A stretch of DNA of 62,899 bases, the filler included, from Octopus bimaculoides (lineage: Eukaryota), in NCBI RefSeq assembly GCF_001194135.2. It is 8 parts of 7 records of this genome, joined end to end, with 100 filler letters (N's around TTAATTAATTAA, not from the genome) between each part and the next. Parts side by side here need not be neighbours in the genome. Positions count along the whole stretch, not along the records: positions 35,985 to 43,102 come from NC_068988.1; positions 43,203 to 57,284 come from NC_068983.1; 6 more parts are not named here. One strand, 5' to 3'. Numbering within the stretch: the stretch's first letter is position 1; each line of letters begins with the position of its first letter. Of the stretch, positions 39,133-53,842 are shown one piece after another. Under the pieces are notes generated by a model, which worked only from the letters and a program-made list of their open reading frames with translations, was not told the origin of the DNA and did no database searches. Position numbers and translations under genes: made by a program.

Positions 39133-40872
39133 AAAACGAAAAAAAATAAATTTTTACCCAACAGGAATACCTCCATCATTGTATCCCACAAGCATTGTTT
39201 TTACTCCACACAGATATTTTCTTGGGTGGAGTCGGGGAGTCGATCTACAGATGTTCGAAAGTAAAGGAACATCATCAATCTCTCAGGTTTGGCATGACCT
39301 TCAAAGGTCATGGGTACTGACCCCTNNNNNNNNNNNNNNNNNNNNNNNNNNNNNNNNNNNNNNNNNNNNNNNNNNNNNNNNNNNNNNNNNNNNNNNNNNN
39401 NNNNNNNNNNNNNNNNNNNNNNNNNNNNNNNNNNNNNNNNNNNNNNNNNNNNNNNNNNNNNNNNNNNNNNNNNNNNNNNNNNNNNNNNNNNNNNNNNNNN
39501 NNNNNNNNNNNNNNNNNNNNNNNNNNNNNNNNNNNNNNNNNNNNNNNNNNNNNNNNNNNNNNNNNNNNNNNNNNNNNNNNNNNNNNNNNNNNNNNNNNNN
39601 NNNNNNNNNNNNNNNNNNNNNNNNNNNNNNNNNNNNNNNNNNNNNNNNNNNNNNNNNNNNNNNNNNNNNNNNNNNNNNNNNNNNNNNNNNNNNNNNNNNN
39701 NNNNNNNNNNNNNNNNNNNNNNNNNNNNNNNNNNNNNNNNNNNNNNNNNNNNNNNNNNNNNNNNNNNNNNNNNNNNNNNNNNNNNNNNNNNNNNNNNNNN
39801 NNNNNNNNNNNNNNNNNNNNNNNNNNNNNNNNNNNNNNNNNNNNNNNNNNNNNNNNNNNNNNNNNNNNNNNNNNNNNNNNNNNNNNNNNNNNNNNNNNNN
39901 NNNNNNNNNNNNNNNNNNNNNNNNNNNNNNNNNNNNNNNNNNNNNNNNNNNNNNNNNNNNNNNNNNNNNNNNNNNNNNNNNNNNNNNNNNNNNNNNNNNN
40001 NNNNNNNNNNNNNNNNNNNNNNNNNNNNNNNNNNNNNNNNNATATATATATGTATGTATATATATGTATCTATGTATGTATGTATGCTTTTGTGGGTGGG
40101 TAGAATCGGGCAGGACCCATGTCTTGCCAGAACATTCCATTTTCCATCAACGCTGACGGATGTCATCCTCAGAATTTATAGCAGCCAGCACCGTCGATAC
40201 CCCGATTCCTACCTCAGACCAAAGTTTGCTTCCTCCTTCTCTTTCTTTTCTACCTTATCACCAACAGCAGCATCATCATCAACATCATCAGTAAGAGCAT
40301 TGTTGGCGGAGTGCAGTCGGCATCTTCGTCGCCGCTGTGGTCGTCGTCATTGTCTTCAGCATCATCATAAGCAGCAGCAGCATCCTCACTGTCATTATCA
40401 TCATCCACATCGTTGCTAGACCTCCTCCACGTGATCATCCACCTCCTCTTCATCATCATCATTATCATTACCATCTCATGAACTCTGCCACCGCCACCAC
40501 CACCACCACCACTACGACCACCACCACGACCACGACCACACCTGCCTTTTCATCAACAATCCCCCTCCCCTCCTCTCACATACACACATGAAGCCCCAAT
40601 TAGTTGGTGTGGTGCGAGCATGCGTGTATGTGAGTGTGCCACGGTGACTTTCGTGTAAGTGAACGCGTTTACACATTGATCGGAGTGCAATGTATATTTG
40701 GCATACGTGTGTGTGTTCATACATTCATATACATATGCATATATAAATGCATACATACATACATACATACATNNNNNNNNNNNNNNNNNNNNNNNNNNNN
40801 NNNNNNNNNNNNNNNNNNNNNNNNNNNNNNNNNNNNNNNNNNNNNNNNNNNNNNNNNNNNNNNNNNNNNNNN

Positions 40873-40911
40873 GAGTCCGCTGCCCTAACCACTAGGACAT
40901 TGCGCCTCCAC
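40873..40911 (-). mobile_element. SINE family B head fragment (remainder in the gap)
   Basis: gagtccgctgccctaaccactaggacattgcgcctccac matches 3883-3921. Confidence 0.8.
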
Positions 40912-41354
40912 TCATACATACATACATACATACATATATACCGGATTACAAATTCAGACTTACAACTGTAATTGGGCATTGGGATAAGCAACAAACTGCC
41001 TTAGCACAACTTTGAGCAATTAAGCTTCTCAAAACCAGAAAGGAGAACGATAATTAGAAGATTACAGATTCAAGCCATCACTGGAACTGTAAAAATTTGC
41101 AAAACTTTCCAGAAGTTTAGTACTTAAGTATATATATACGCATATTTAGACAAGCAACTAAACGCACGAGAATACAATACATAAAACAAAACATACAAAC
41201 CTGTACATGCACTGACTCAAAATACTACACATATACACATGAGTATGCATAAATACTCTGTTGATGTTGTTGAAATTCCAATGAAGAAACCTTGGATCTG
41301 GGTTAGAAACCGGCTCTTTCTCTAGAAATAAAATTGAATAATAAATATACATAT

Positions 41355-41772
41355 AGGCGTAGGAGTGGCAGTGTGGTAAGTAGCTTGCTTACCAAGCACA
41401 TGGTCCCGGGTTCAGTCCCACTGCGTGGTACTTTGGGCAAGTGTCTTCTACTATAGCCACGGGCCGACCAAAGCCTTGTGAGTGGATTTGGTAGACGGAA
41501 ACTGAAAGAAGCCTGTCGTATATATGTATATATATATATGTATGTGTGTGTGTGTTTGTGTGTCTGTGTTTGTCCCCCCAACATCGCTTGACAACCGATG
41601 CTGGTGTGTTTATGTCCCCGTAACTTAGCGGTTCGGCAAAAGAAACCGATAGAATAAGTACTAGGCTTCTAAAGAATAAGTCCTGGGGTTGATTTGCTCG
41701 ACTAAAGGCGGTGCTCCAGCATGGCCACAGTCAAATGACTGAAACAAGTAAAAGAGTAAAAGAGTAAAGAGT
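41355..41772 (+). mobile_element. SINE family A, full length with candidate TSD
   Basis: Complete head-body-tail ending in (aaagagt)n. atatacata occurs at 41345-41353 and 41773-41781. Confidence 0.92.
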
Positions 41773-42663
41773 ATATACATACCGATAACCCACTACACGC
41801 GCGCGCACATACAAACACATCTACACATATGCACATGCAGTGGGTCTGAATGTGTGTTGTTGGAGACGAAAGAGGCTGAAATCAGAAAGGAATACTCTTA
41901 AACATAATCTTGTATGAAGTTGAACAAATGTGTTAAAAGATGTGAAACGGGATGGGGTGAGGAGTCCGAAACATGCAAGAGATAAATGGTTAGCCTTAGG
42001 AAGTTGGCGGGAAGAAAGAAAGCAAAAAGGAATGACAGGACGAAAGAGAGGAAATAGAAGAAAGAATGGAAAGGGGGTGGAATGATAAAAATGAAGAAAT
42101 AAAAAAGATTTAGAATATTAAGGTTTCAAATAAAAAGATAAGACTAGGAAACAGAGATGGAATAAATAAATGAGAGATATAACGAATGACTGAAGAAATG
42201 AATAAATAAATAAATAAATAAATAAATAAAGAGAAAGTTGGCGTTCAAAATGGAAGCCAGCAGACGAGACTTAAAATTGTTGTAAATTCTGCTTGAATAT
42301 CTTGACAGACAATCTCGTAAACATTGCGATGGATAAAAATACATATACATTATTTCGTAATTTATTATATAAGCCTTTTATTTCATTCATCCTTTACCCA
42401 GCTCTTGTTCTCCCTATCAGACGCATATATCAAGCTATCTATCTATCCATCTGTCTATGTGTCTGCGTGAGTGGTTGGTTGTGTGTACATATGTTTATAT
42501 GTATGTTGTATGTATGCAAACATACACGCACACACATAGAAACAACAATATGTATATATATACATATGCGCGTGCAGACACACACACACGCACACACACA
42601 TATATATATATATGTGCACACACATATGTATACATATGTATACATAACTATATGCATGTATAA

Positions 42664-42757
<94 letters not shown>

Positions 42758-44058
42758 GTGTATATATCCAGTCCTATACCTTTCTGTTTCTTTTCAAATT
42801 TCATTTCTGTCTGACCCCTCTCCACATCTCCTTGCCCCTTTTATCCTGGCACTGGCAAGATCACGGAACCAAATCAGACATTACGTCTCCAGCCTCCCCA
42901 TCATACTTCCTTAATATCTATAGCTAATCCACTCTCCATCCAGACCCACTCCGTAGTCCCAATATGACCATGTGAACATCAATACCACGTGAGGAAGACG
43001 TTAAGAAATTTATCGGCCAGTGAGTTCAAAATCCCTCGCCCTAATGAATTCAATTCAGTGTGCATCATAAATAGTCCCGCATAGAAAAGAGACCCGTATG
43101 AANNNNNNNNNNNNNNNNNNNNNNNNNNNNNNNNNNNNNNNNNNNNTTAATTAATTAANNNNNNNNNNNNNNNNNNNNNNNNNNNNNNNNNNNNNNNNNN
43201 NNTATATATATATATATATATATGTCTGTGTGTGTTGGTGTGTGTTGATATATGCATATATCTATATGTGTGTGACAAAGCCTTTTTCATAAGCCAGAGA
43301 AGGAGGCATGAGTGCATAAATCAGAGTAAAATCTTATATAATGATCATATGAATTTAATAGATAATATAACCTTCATTCTCATGGAAAGAGATTCCTGTG
43401 ATTGTCAGATGTCTGCTTGAATCTGGAACAGTTTTAGATATGGAGCTGCCGAGAAAACCAAAGTACCATGCATACAATGGAAGGAATATAAAGAAATAAA
43501 AAGATGAAGACTATATATGTATTTTCCAAATTTAACTAATTTTAGTGCCATGATGATAACTCGGATGTCAAGTTCAACAAGTTACACCTTCTAAGACAAT
43601 AACTGCTGTAACTTGGAATATAAGAGGACAAAGCTAGAGAAGCTAGAAATATGTGGTGAAAGAGAATGAATGAAAGAAAGCCATAAATCTTTTTAGATAG
43701 GTCTTATTGTAAAGTTGCATCCCTTACTCTGATGCCAGTAGAAGTAAAGATTGCTTTTGGCAGACTACTTACTAATGTTGATAAACTGACACAAATGGAC
43801 TGTACTGGAATGCAAAATCGGCATCTTTGTTTCTTGTATACATGAGAATAAGTACCTCTTCTCTTACTGGTCTTAACCACAATAAGATGGTTGTGATCAT
43901 CATTTCTATGTTTCCATTTGAATTGGATTACCTGACCTCAGTGTCAGATCGCAGCTCTCCATCCCATCATGTACACTTACATTTTTCTTTCTTCTTATCC
44001 ACCTTTTGTTTCATCTAGTTTTCTTCAACTTGCTTCCTCCCATTCTAGTTTCTCCTTC

Positions 44059-44125
<67 letters not shown>

Positions 44126-44515
44126 TTGTTTTCTCTCTTATATGCCAAGTTATAGTAATCATCATTCCAGAGGATCTGACCATAGAATTATCACTTGCTT
44201 TAAAAAAAATTTTTTTTTTTTCACATTGAAATGACACCTAAATTTTGTATGTGTTTATTACCGGCATAATGCCTCTCCCAAGGTTTAATTGTACACCTAA
44301 ATTAGTATCTTTTAAAATTATTTATTCTTTCCCAACATGCAAAGTAGGCCTAACTTTCACTTTGCTTATAGCCTGATAATTATAGGCTGTTCTAAATCCA
44401 AACAGATGCACATGATGATCAAGGTACTTTCCCTTTTGTGAATTTGATGGTTAAGTGATCTATAAAAAATTTATGATTATACATACATTTGTGTGTATAT
44501 ATATACACATGTGTT

Positions 44516-44546
<31 letters not shown>

Positions 44547-44547
44547 G

Positions 44548-44580
<33 letters not shown>

Positions 44581-44613
44581 AGCATATATATATATGTGGA
44601 TGTGTACATATAG

Positions 44614-44686
<73 letters not shown>

Positions 44687-46118
44687 TGTATGTATGTATA
44701 TGTGTGTATGTATAAACATATACATGAATACACATGCACACACATATGCATTGAATTATCCTTCAACAGTTTATATCTTTCAACTGTCTGCTGTTGGTTG
44801 ACTCCACTAGTTCTTTATACATTTTTGTCTTGATACTGTTACTAATTTTGTCATAGATTTTGAAACATTCTCTCTTCTTGCCATAAATTTTCTCTTGATT
44901 CACCTGTATAGCTTGCTCCATACCTTTCTCACTAATCTATATATGTCTGTGTTTCAATGTAAGTGTGTACGTTTCTGTATATAGATAGATAGATAGTTAG
45001 ATAGATAGATAAATAGATAGATAGTTTGATAGATAGATAGGTAGATAGATAGATAGTATATGTGTATATATATATATACAGAGAGAGAGAGAGAGAGGTA
45101 GATAAACAGATATGTTTCTATATATATGAACACATGTACACGTGCACATGCATGCGCACATATATTGAATTTCATTTTAAATAAGAAAAAGTCTATAGGC
45201 CTGAGACATCTTCCGTATTTGTTCTGGTATATGTTTGTGTATTTACTTATACTTGTAAATACCAGATTGACATTAATGCACTTTTCATATTTGTCTCTGA
45301 TATCTCTAATTTTAAAATCTGGAGATATTGCCAGCAGCCATTTTTGTTTTCATTTATATTTATTTATTTATGTATCTGTGTACATAAGCATTGCTACAAA
45401 TACTTTCATGGGTTTTATAAATGTTTCAGCTAAAAATTGTAATTTTCATTAAGAGAAATCAGTCAAATGCAAATTGATTTATAAATAAATATATATATAT
45501 ATATATATATATAAACATTTATTTGACATTTCTGTCTTACAAATTGATAATATTGTTAGGTGTTCTAAGTACAATCACTGAATTGTGCAACACTACTTTG
45601 AATACAGCTGTATTTAACATAATGTTCACTTAATGACGTTTATCTCTGCGAAAAGAAATTTTTGATATTTTCTACGAAAGCTTTCTGAGTAGAGTTGCAG
45701 AACCAATAGCAGACAAGAGCAAATCCCAGATTTATGTTATTATTAGCTGCGATTTGAACTCAATAAAACCAAGAAAAGATCAATTATATATAAGATGTAT
45801 GGAAATGTTGTTGACATATTGTATTGATTCAAGATATTTGATATATTGGTCCATGATCAAAATTCACTCTCATCTGCGAACACATAAATTATAGCTCTTC
45901 TAAACATCTAACCTAATAGGTTATATCAGAAAGCAGCATTAATGTATTTCCAGTAATACCCTGGTTTACATATGTACATATGCATATGTGTGCATGTACC
46001 ATCATCTGCATCACTTGTATATGTTTGCATTTGTGTGCATGTGTGTGTGTGTGTAGCATTAACTGTTGGAAAAACAAGTACTCAATACCATGATGATATT
46101 TCAACCAAAATAAAATAC

Positions 46119-46150
<32 letters not shown>

Positions 46151-46628
46151 ATACATACATAAAGACATATATGCATAATATATTTATTTATACAACCTCA
46201 CTGTAAATTCATCATGTGTGACTATGTCATAGTAAATACATCTCTTGCAATTTCATTATATGTAAGCCAATGCATTGTCAATAAATTCATTGTCATGTTA
46301 TCTTTCTTATCCACAGAGTTGCTACATCACTAAACATTATTTAAAGTTTTTATTCACATAGAATATATGTAACGTTTCAGAAACATTTACAAAAATAATT
46401 CACAGATAAAAAAAAAAGAAAAAAAACTTCTAGCTGGCAATCTAGAAATTTTTAGAATTCTTTAAAGAGGCACAATGAACAAAAAAAAAATGAAGTAATA
46501 CTCAAATAATATATCTCCGCTGTAAAGATTTCAAATGAAAAAGAATATTTAAGAAAGTGAGATGAGAACTCAACACATTCTGAATATCAGAATCATTAAA
46601 TACTGAAATATTTAAGAAATCTTGCTCA

Positions 46629-46848
46629 TATGAGGGGTGCTGAAAAATTCCTGGCTTCAAGGGTATTGTGAAGGGCTTGGTTAGAGGCCCAACCTTCTGA
46701 GTTCTTTTACAGGCTTAGAAAAAACTGAAGGACCACTGCAATATGTGTATGAATATGAGAGGGGAATATGTTGAATAAAATTATAATTGACTGATCCTCC
46801 TGTATTTTCTTCAACCCAAAACCAAGAATTTTTCAGCACTCCCTCATA
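46629..46848 (+). mobile_element. Mariner-derived MITE, complete
   Basis: TIRs tatgaggggtgctgaaaaattcctggctt / aaccaagaatttttcagcactccctcata with TA ends. The interior encodes LKDHCNMCMNMRGEYVE*, similar to a mariner transposase C-terminus. Confidence 0.9.
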
Positions 46849-47473
46849 ATTTGTCTGTTTAGATTGTTTCTTTCCTTCTCCATTTTGAAACAGTGTTATC
46901 TTCAAACTGGATTTTTTGTTTGTGATTCTATTTTTAAAAAGTAATTTTAATTTGTTAATTTGTATATATGCTGAGTAAATTTGATATTAAATATATTTTG
47001 TCTTAGTTCTTTTTCATTGTTCATCAAATGCAACATATTTACTATGCGAACAAAATGTTTAAATAGTGTTTAGTGATGTATTTACTCTGCAGTTGAAAAT
47101 TATGATGATGAATTTACCAATGATATATTGGCTTGTGAGGGATGAAATTACCTGGTGATATATTTATTGCAATCTAATTACTCCTGATAAATCTACTGCA
47201 ATGGATTTATTACACACCATTTATATGTTTGAATGCACAAATGAGAGAAAAATTGTACAGAAACCCTACTACATGTATCCTAATAGGGTTTATTTATTCT
47301 TGTTTTGCATTCCTGAAACTGTTAATTATGTCCATTCAATCATTTATTTGCCACACAAAGGTTTGCACTTAGGAAAAATACTTACTGCATGAATGGAAAA
47401 GTTCATCAGATTCAAACATATATATACAAAACGACACACACACACACATACACACAGAAGAAGAGATAGATAA

Positions 47474-47504
<31 letters not shown>

Positions 47505-49418
47505 TATATACAATGTGCACAAAGAGTAGTACAAAGATAGATGCTTAGGTGCTAGTTATAGTTAAGTATTATAAAGAAGCAGTTTGTTGCAAAGGATCAC
47601 ATCACTTATGCCAATAATACACTTGATAACATTTCTATCCCTAAGAAAATGTTAATTTCAAGTGTTCATTCCAAATGTTCAGGTTCATGATCACAAGAAA
47701 GGCTCAACCAAATATGCTCTTTTGTACCATATCAGGCTTTAATTCCTGACATATATGACATATACAAACATGTATATGATATATATTATAAATTTCTTGC
47801 AATGATTTTAAAGAAGGTACATTGCTCATGGCACAGTGCCTCACTGAGGTGATGTTACTTTCAAAAAGCTACGATTACATAGATTTAGAGGAAACAAAGG
47901 CAAGAACAGAAGAGATTTTTAAAAAATTAAAACAAAACAAGAAAACTGTTATATGTGGTGGTTGGGCTTACTTCAAAATTCTGGTGGATATTTATTGTGC
48001 TGTTGTTTATCTTTCGTGTCATTATTATTTTTGTTAATGTTTGTGTCATTATTATTTAATATGAGAGTGTTGGATTGTATCTGACTGTTTAGTTTTTTTA
48101 GTTTAGAAAAAGAGAGTTTGATAATAAGGGGATTTGACTGTGATTTCTACCAAATAGAACAAGCACATTGAGGCACTTCCATGAGGTAAAAATAACCAAA
48201 ATTATTCCTTTAATGAATGGTATTATTTTAACCACCATCATTTACTGCAAATTACATAAACCCAAAGTAATATTATAAATAGCAGAGATTCAGATAAGTG
48301 CCAACATCAGTAACAACCTTTATAGATAGCTGTTTTAATCACTTTCTGCCTTAATCGTTTTGATACCAACTGACCTGAGACTGCTCTAGGTTCTGTGATA
48401 CAAACTTCCTGTTTAAAGTGATCTAAATTGAAACTTTTCATTAAAATTTCAAGTTAATTTGTCTCAAACAACATTTTTTTTTTAAATAATGGCAAAATTA
48501 TTTTATTAAATTCTTCATTATTTTCAAAAGTAAGTGAAACAAAGACAGTGTATTTTAACAGAAATATGGTAACAAAAAGGTTGATCTCTGCATGGTCTAG
48601 TTATTTAATTATTTTGTGCTCATGGATTTTCACTTTCTAATATGAAATTACTTCGATTGGTTGTAAATGACAATGGTAAAGCATTAACCAAAATGTGCTT
48701 CATTTGTTTTAAAATTAATTGAGATGAAGTATTATTAATATTGATATCCTTTACTGATTGAATAACTTGGATTATTATATTTCACAATGAAACCTTAATG
48801 TAGACACTAGATTTGCCAGAAATTGCAGCCAAATCTTCTTATAATCATAACCTACTATTCAAAACAAGAATCACATGCACTTCCATATTAAACAACAACA
48901 AAGATATGAATAACAATGACTATAACAAAGAAGAATAATTAACATGAAAAGCAATGCAAAAGATTTGGAATCCTAGATATTTAAAACAGAAATATGAAAA
49001 AAGTTTCATGAAAAAAATTATGATTGAAGGTGCTTATTTTGAAATTTTGTTAAATCAAAAGCTACAAGAGTAAAATAATTCAACAACACTAACATGAAAA
49101 TTCAAGTGTGTGATATTTTTGAAAACAGAAGTGACAAAGAAATGAGCAGCCAAAGCTGGAGAGAGGAAATAAACATCACAGGAAATAACAATCACTTCAT
49201 TGAAACAGGATGATATCCATGCTGAAGTTTATAAATAAGACAAGATGAAATACATTTTTATAAAGGCATATATTTAAATAGGAATTATTACATGTTTACA
49301 ATATATTCCTTGTAGACCGAACACAACGGTCATGTATTTTGGGCTATAGAAAATCAGGGAATATTTTGATTGCTTCTATTTCCATTATATATACATATAT
49401 GTGTATGTGTGTGTATTT

Positions 49419-49486
<68 letters not shown>

Positions 49487-49704
49487 ACTTAACAATTCAT
49501 AAGTCAGAAAAAATATGAACTTGTATATTTGTCACTAGAGTGGGTTTATTAATCAAGACCTATTTCAGCCAATTGTAGCAATTGGTTTCATACTGGGTAT
49601 TTGGTAGCCACATATTAGATAACAGGGTACTTAATTAATACCACAGAGATGAGAGATATGTGTGTGTATATTCATATATATACACTCACACACACACACA
49701 TATG

Positions 49705-50080
49705 AGGTGCAGATGTGGCTCTGTAGTTAAGATGCTCGCTTCAGGTTCAGTTTATTGTGGCATCTTGAGCCCTAAGCAAGTCAAAGCCTTGTGAGTGAAT
49801 TTGGTAGACAGAAACTGAAAGAGGCCTGTCAATATTATGTATGCTTATAGGTGTGTGCCTGTGTGTACATGTGTGTGTTAGTATCTCCTTGTCTTGACAT
49901 AACTCATTAGTTGTAAATGAGTGTCAGCAGTGCGTTTCATTTCTAATCTGTAAAAATATGCCTGGCCAAGGGGAAATATTGCCTCACTTGGAAGCTGGTG
50001 GGTGTTTGTTACAGGAAGGGATCTGCCTCATTAAATTTCATCTAACCCATGCAAGTATGGAGAATGGACATTGAAACAAT
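49705..50080 (+). mobile_element. SINE family A head with RTE-type tail, CpG-decayed
   Basis: aaagccttgtgagtgaatttggtagacagaaactgaaagaggcctgtca is the family A block with CpG transitions. It ends aacccatgcaagtatggagaatggacattgaaac, like the tail at 52057-52100. Confidence 0.7.
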
Positions 50081-50189
50081 GATATAAATAAATATATATA
50101 TATGTTTATATATATATTAATATATCATTATGATATAATAAACATATATATATAAATGTATGCATGTATCATAACATAAATATAATTAC

Positions 50190-50835
50190 TGGTATCATTT
50201 ATGTCCATGTTCCATGTGCGCATGAGTCAGGTGATCTGATGTCATCCAACAGGTTCAAAGACTGCATCATAATCCAGTGTCTGCCTTGGTATAGTTTCAA
50301 TAACTGGATGCCCTTCCGAATGCAAACCACTTTACAATGTGTACTGGGTGCTTTTTTCATGACACTAGCACTTGTGAGTTCACTATACCTTTTCCCAGTG
50401 CTTGCATTGGACAGATGTCCTCTCTCGATACGGTGTTAAATTACTTGTTGCAGCCCTTTGTCATCTTTCATAAGACTAACTCCAGAGATCACCCTTCACT
50501 TTTTTCTATACCTACCTTGGTTTTCACCTTCTGTAAGCTCCTCCCACTTGTACCAAAGGGTACTCTATTTCCGACTCTTAGTCTCTACATACATCACATG
50601 TCCATACCAGCTCAATGTTTTCTCTATCATAATACATCTTATTCCTCTTATATCCCAATTTTTTTCTCAGCTGATTTGTGCTTCATTTTTCCTCATTACA
50701 GATCTAGTAGAACATTCTCACCACATTATTTTTCAGTTTCTGTTCATCTTCTATAATCAATTCCCTTATTTATACTATTATGCAACTTTATGCATCACAA
50801 TTCATTCACAAATGTCACACAATCTGCTGGAATAG
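50190..50835 (-). mobile_element. RTE-clade LINE 3' end (RT C-terminus plus tail), decayed
   Basis: The minus strand encodes MIEKTLSWYGHVM (RTE R..W.GHV motif). The tail block ggatgcccttccgaatgcaaacc is present. Confidence 0.7.
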
Positions 50836-51295
50836 GAGAGAAAACCTCATTGTTGCCAGCAGAAGTAAAAGATCCTTGATCTCATGTTTTCACTGTTCAA
50901 AATGTCACCATGATCATTGATGAGTATAAATTTTTTATTCACATTATTTACAATGTAATAAAATAAATATTTAATTATGCTTCCTACAAGTATAATATAC
51001 TTAGAAAAAATGTAATTATTTTATATACTCTAAAGGCATGTGAATGAAAATTGAATTTATGTTGCTAAACAGTTAACTTTTTAACTACACAGTCATTATT
51101 TATATATTGTCAGTTGCTTCAAATTGTGGATCGCATTGACAATGTAATATAGTAATGCAACATAATAGTAAACTATTCTATCATTTGATGGGCAATGGTG
51201 AATACCAGAAGTGGTAGAGCAAAAGACATAGCTAAGAAACCTAACAAGATTTTGCCATTTAGTCAGCTTAGACTTTTTACTTATTCGTATCTTTA

Positions 51296-52100
51296 CTTCA
51301 TTGGACACTAAACTCTGCTTGTGAAGACCTGTTGAGGCAAGTGAATTGATATTGAAATCAAAATAGAACCAAATTCGATGATTGGCACCCATGCCAACCT
51401 CTCCTTCATTGGACACTAAACTCTGCTTGCGAAGACCTGTTGGGGCAAGTGAAATCGAAATCGTAATTGAACCATATTTGATGACCAGCACCTGTGTCAG
51501 TGGAGCATTAACAGCACCATCCGAGAGTGATCGTTGCCAGAGCAGCTGTCTGGCTTCCGTGCTAGTGGCATGTAAATAGCATCATTTGAGCCTGATCGTT
51601 ACCAGTGTCGCCTTACTAGCCCTTGTGCCGGTGACATGTTAGAAAATCATTCAAGTGAGGTTGTTGCCAGTGCCGCTGGACTGGCTCCTGTGCAGGTGGC
51701 ATGTAAAAANNNNNNNNNNNNNNNNNNNNNNNNNNNNNNNNNNNNNNNNNNNNNNNNNNNNNNNNNNNNNNNNNNNNNNNNNNNNNNNNNNNNNNNNNNN
51801 NNNNNNNNNNNNNNNNNNNNNNNNNNNNNNNNNNNNNNNNNNNNNNNNNNNNNNNNNNNNNNNNNNNNNNNNNNNNNNNNNNNNNNNNNNNNNNNNNNNN
51901 NNNNNNNNNNNNNNNNNNNNNNNNNNNNNNNNNNNNNNNNNNNNNNNNNNNNNNNNNNNNNNNNNNNNNNNNNNNNNNNNNNNNNNNNNNNNNNNNNNNN
52001 NNNNNNNNNNNNNNNNNNNNNNNCATCTGGTTCACCAGTCCTCAGTCAAATCGTCCAACCCATGCTAGCATGGAAAGCAGACGTTAAACGATGATGATGA
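51296..52100 (+). mobile_element. RTE-type 3' UTR/tail element with internal tandem subunits
   Basis: 108-bp spaced duplication (51296/51404) and three or more related subunits (..gtg(c/g)c..gtggcatgtaaa..). Ends ccaacccatgctagcatggaaagcagacgttaaacg(atg)n. Interrupted by a gap. Confidence 0.7.
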
Positions 52101-52103
52101 TAA

Positions 52104-52158
<55 letters not shown>

Positions 52159-52418
52159 AGTTTTTTAAATCTGCTTTTCCTTGGTGGCAAGGGTTGGGCG
52201 AAGATTTATTGAAATTACAGTTTACAGCCAGATGCTATTCCAATCACTAACACTCATACATGTATGATATATTTGTAAGTTTTTACAAATATACATGTGT
52301 GTGTGCATATAATTTATCTTCATATGTATGTGTGACTCTGCTGATGACTCTTGTCTCTTTAGAGACCATTTGATATGTGTTACTTACTAAATTCGAACAT
52401 CTACTGGCATGAAAAATA

Positions 52419-52548
52419 TAAGTTCCATTCAAGTATTGGAAGAGAATATAATTGATTGTGTCCTTACATCAAAATTTGAACCTTAAGTTCCATTCAAATA
52501 TTGGAAGAGAATATAATTGATTGTGTCCTTATATCAAAATTTGAACCT
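52419..52548. repeat. 65-bp tandem duplication (2 mismatches)
   Basis: taagttccattcaa(g/a)tattggaagagaatataattgattgtgtcctta(c/t)atcaaaatttgaacct occurs twice. Confidence 0.95.
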
Positions 52549-53614
52549 TATGGCAATGTCGGAAGCCATTTAGAGATCAATTGAGACAATAAGGCAAAGT
52601 TTTTAAATCTGCTTGAAAGAGGAAAAGGAAAACATTTTCTAGAAATATCACAAGTAAACCCAGAGACATGTTTTGTGATTACATGATAAACTTAGTCAAC
52701 TGGCAGGAGACCTAAGGATAAACCAAGAACAAAATGGCTGGATAATATTTATAGTCTCAATTGGTCATACTAAGGAATTCAACCATAATGTCTAATGACA
52801 GCTGCTCCTATTAGGCCTCTTTGGAGGAAGTGCCTAAGGACTCTACCCAAGTGACCCTCCTAGGTATAGTGGGGGAAGAGGATGGAGTGATGACTGGTTG
52901 GGTAGTGCAAAATATCATTGTTAATTATACAGATCCATATTTAGCTGCTCTCAGATTAAAATTTTGTTATTCTTAAAATTAATTTTTTTCCCCCTATGCA
53001 AGTGTGATATGTTATGACAGTTGAAACCACTCATGTACAATGTTTTCATTTTCACATTTGAATTAACTTTATTTTTTAACCTTATGGTGGCATTACTGGT
53101 AGTTGACAGGAGGACTGTAGGGAACTACTTTTTGAAATATGATACACAGGTGGTTAAAAATGTTAGTTTTCAACCATATTGTTTTGGGTTCAATCCAACT
53201 CTGCAACACATTAGGATTTTAAGTGTTTCCTACATGGCCTTGAATTGGACAAATTCTTTTGAGTGAAATTGTGTAGGTGGAAACATTACAGAAGTCCATC
53301 AAAAGGACTTAACCTGTTCTTGGGTAGTGAACTTAATCAGTGGTCCATTTGACACAACCTGCTGGCTTTGGGTGCCTTTAGTGGATTCCACTCAGTTGTA
53401 ATCATTTAATACTGGTTCCTTGTCTCAGGATACCTTTGCCCTTTCATCCCACACATTAGAGAAGCTCTGAAATGGGTGATGGGTGCTACTATCACATTCC
53501 TTTTCAATTATAGTCAAAGAAAAAGTAAATAATAAATAGAAGCAAATTAAAAAACTCAATCTTTAGTCAAATGAGTCTTCATAATAATAATGATAATTAA
53601 GATAACAACTGTTT

Positions 53615-53789
53615 CAAAATTTTGGCACAAGGCCTGCAATTTTAGTGAGAAGTTATTGACTGGTTCTTTATTTTATCAATGAAAGGCAAATTTGACCTCA
53701 GTAGCTTTGAAATTTAGAACATAAAGAACTGGAAGAAATGCCACTTAGCATTTTTTCCAATACACTAACAATTCTGTTTGCTAGCTGCC

Positions 53790-53842
<53 letters not shown>

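Noticed and set aside
40130-40175. Minus-strand CUGAGGA...GAAA
   Set aside because: Stem I is absent and stem II is out of register.
47091-47145. Possible exon ENYDDEFTNDILACEG* in the CpG-poor block
   Set aside because: There is only an acceptor match and a very short frame. It is unsupported without RNA data.
52024-52050. Minus-strand CUGAGGA-CUGG(UGAA)CCAG in the RTE tail as a hammerhead
   Set aside because: No GAAA box follows the hairpin.
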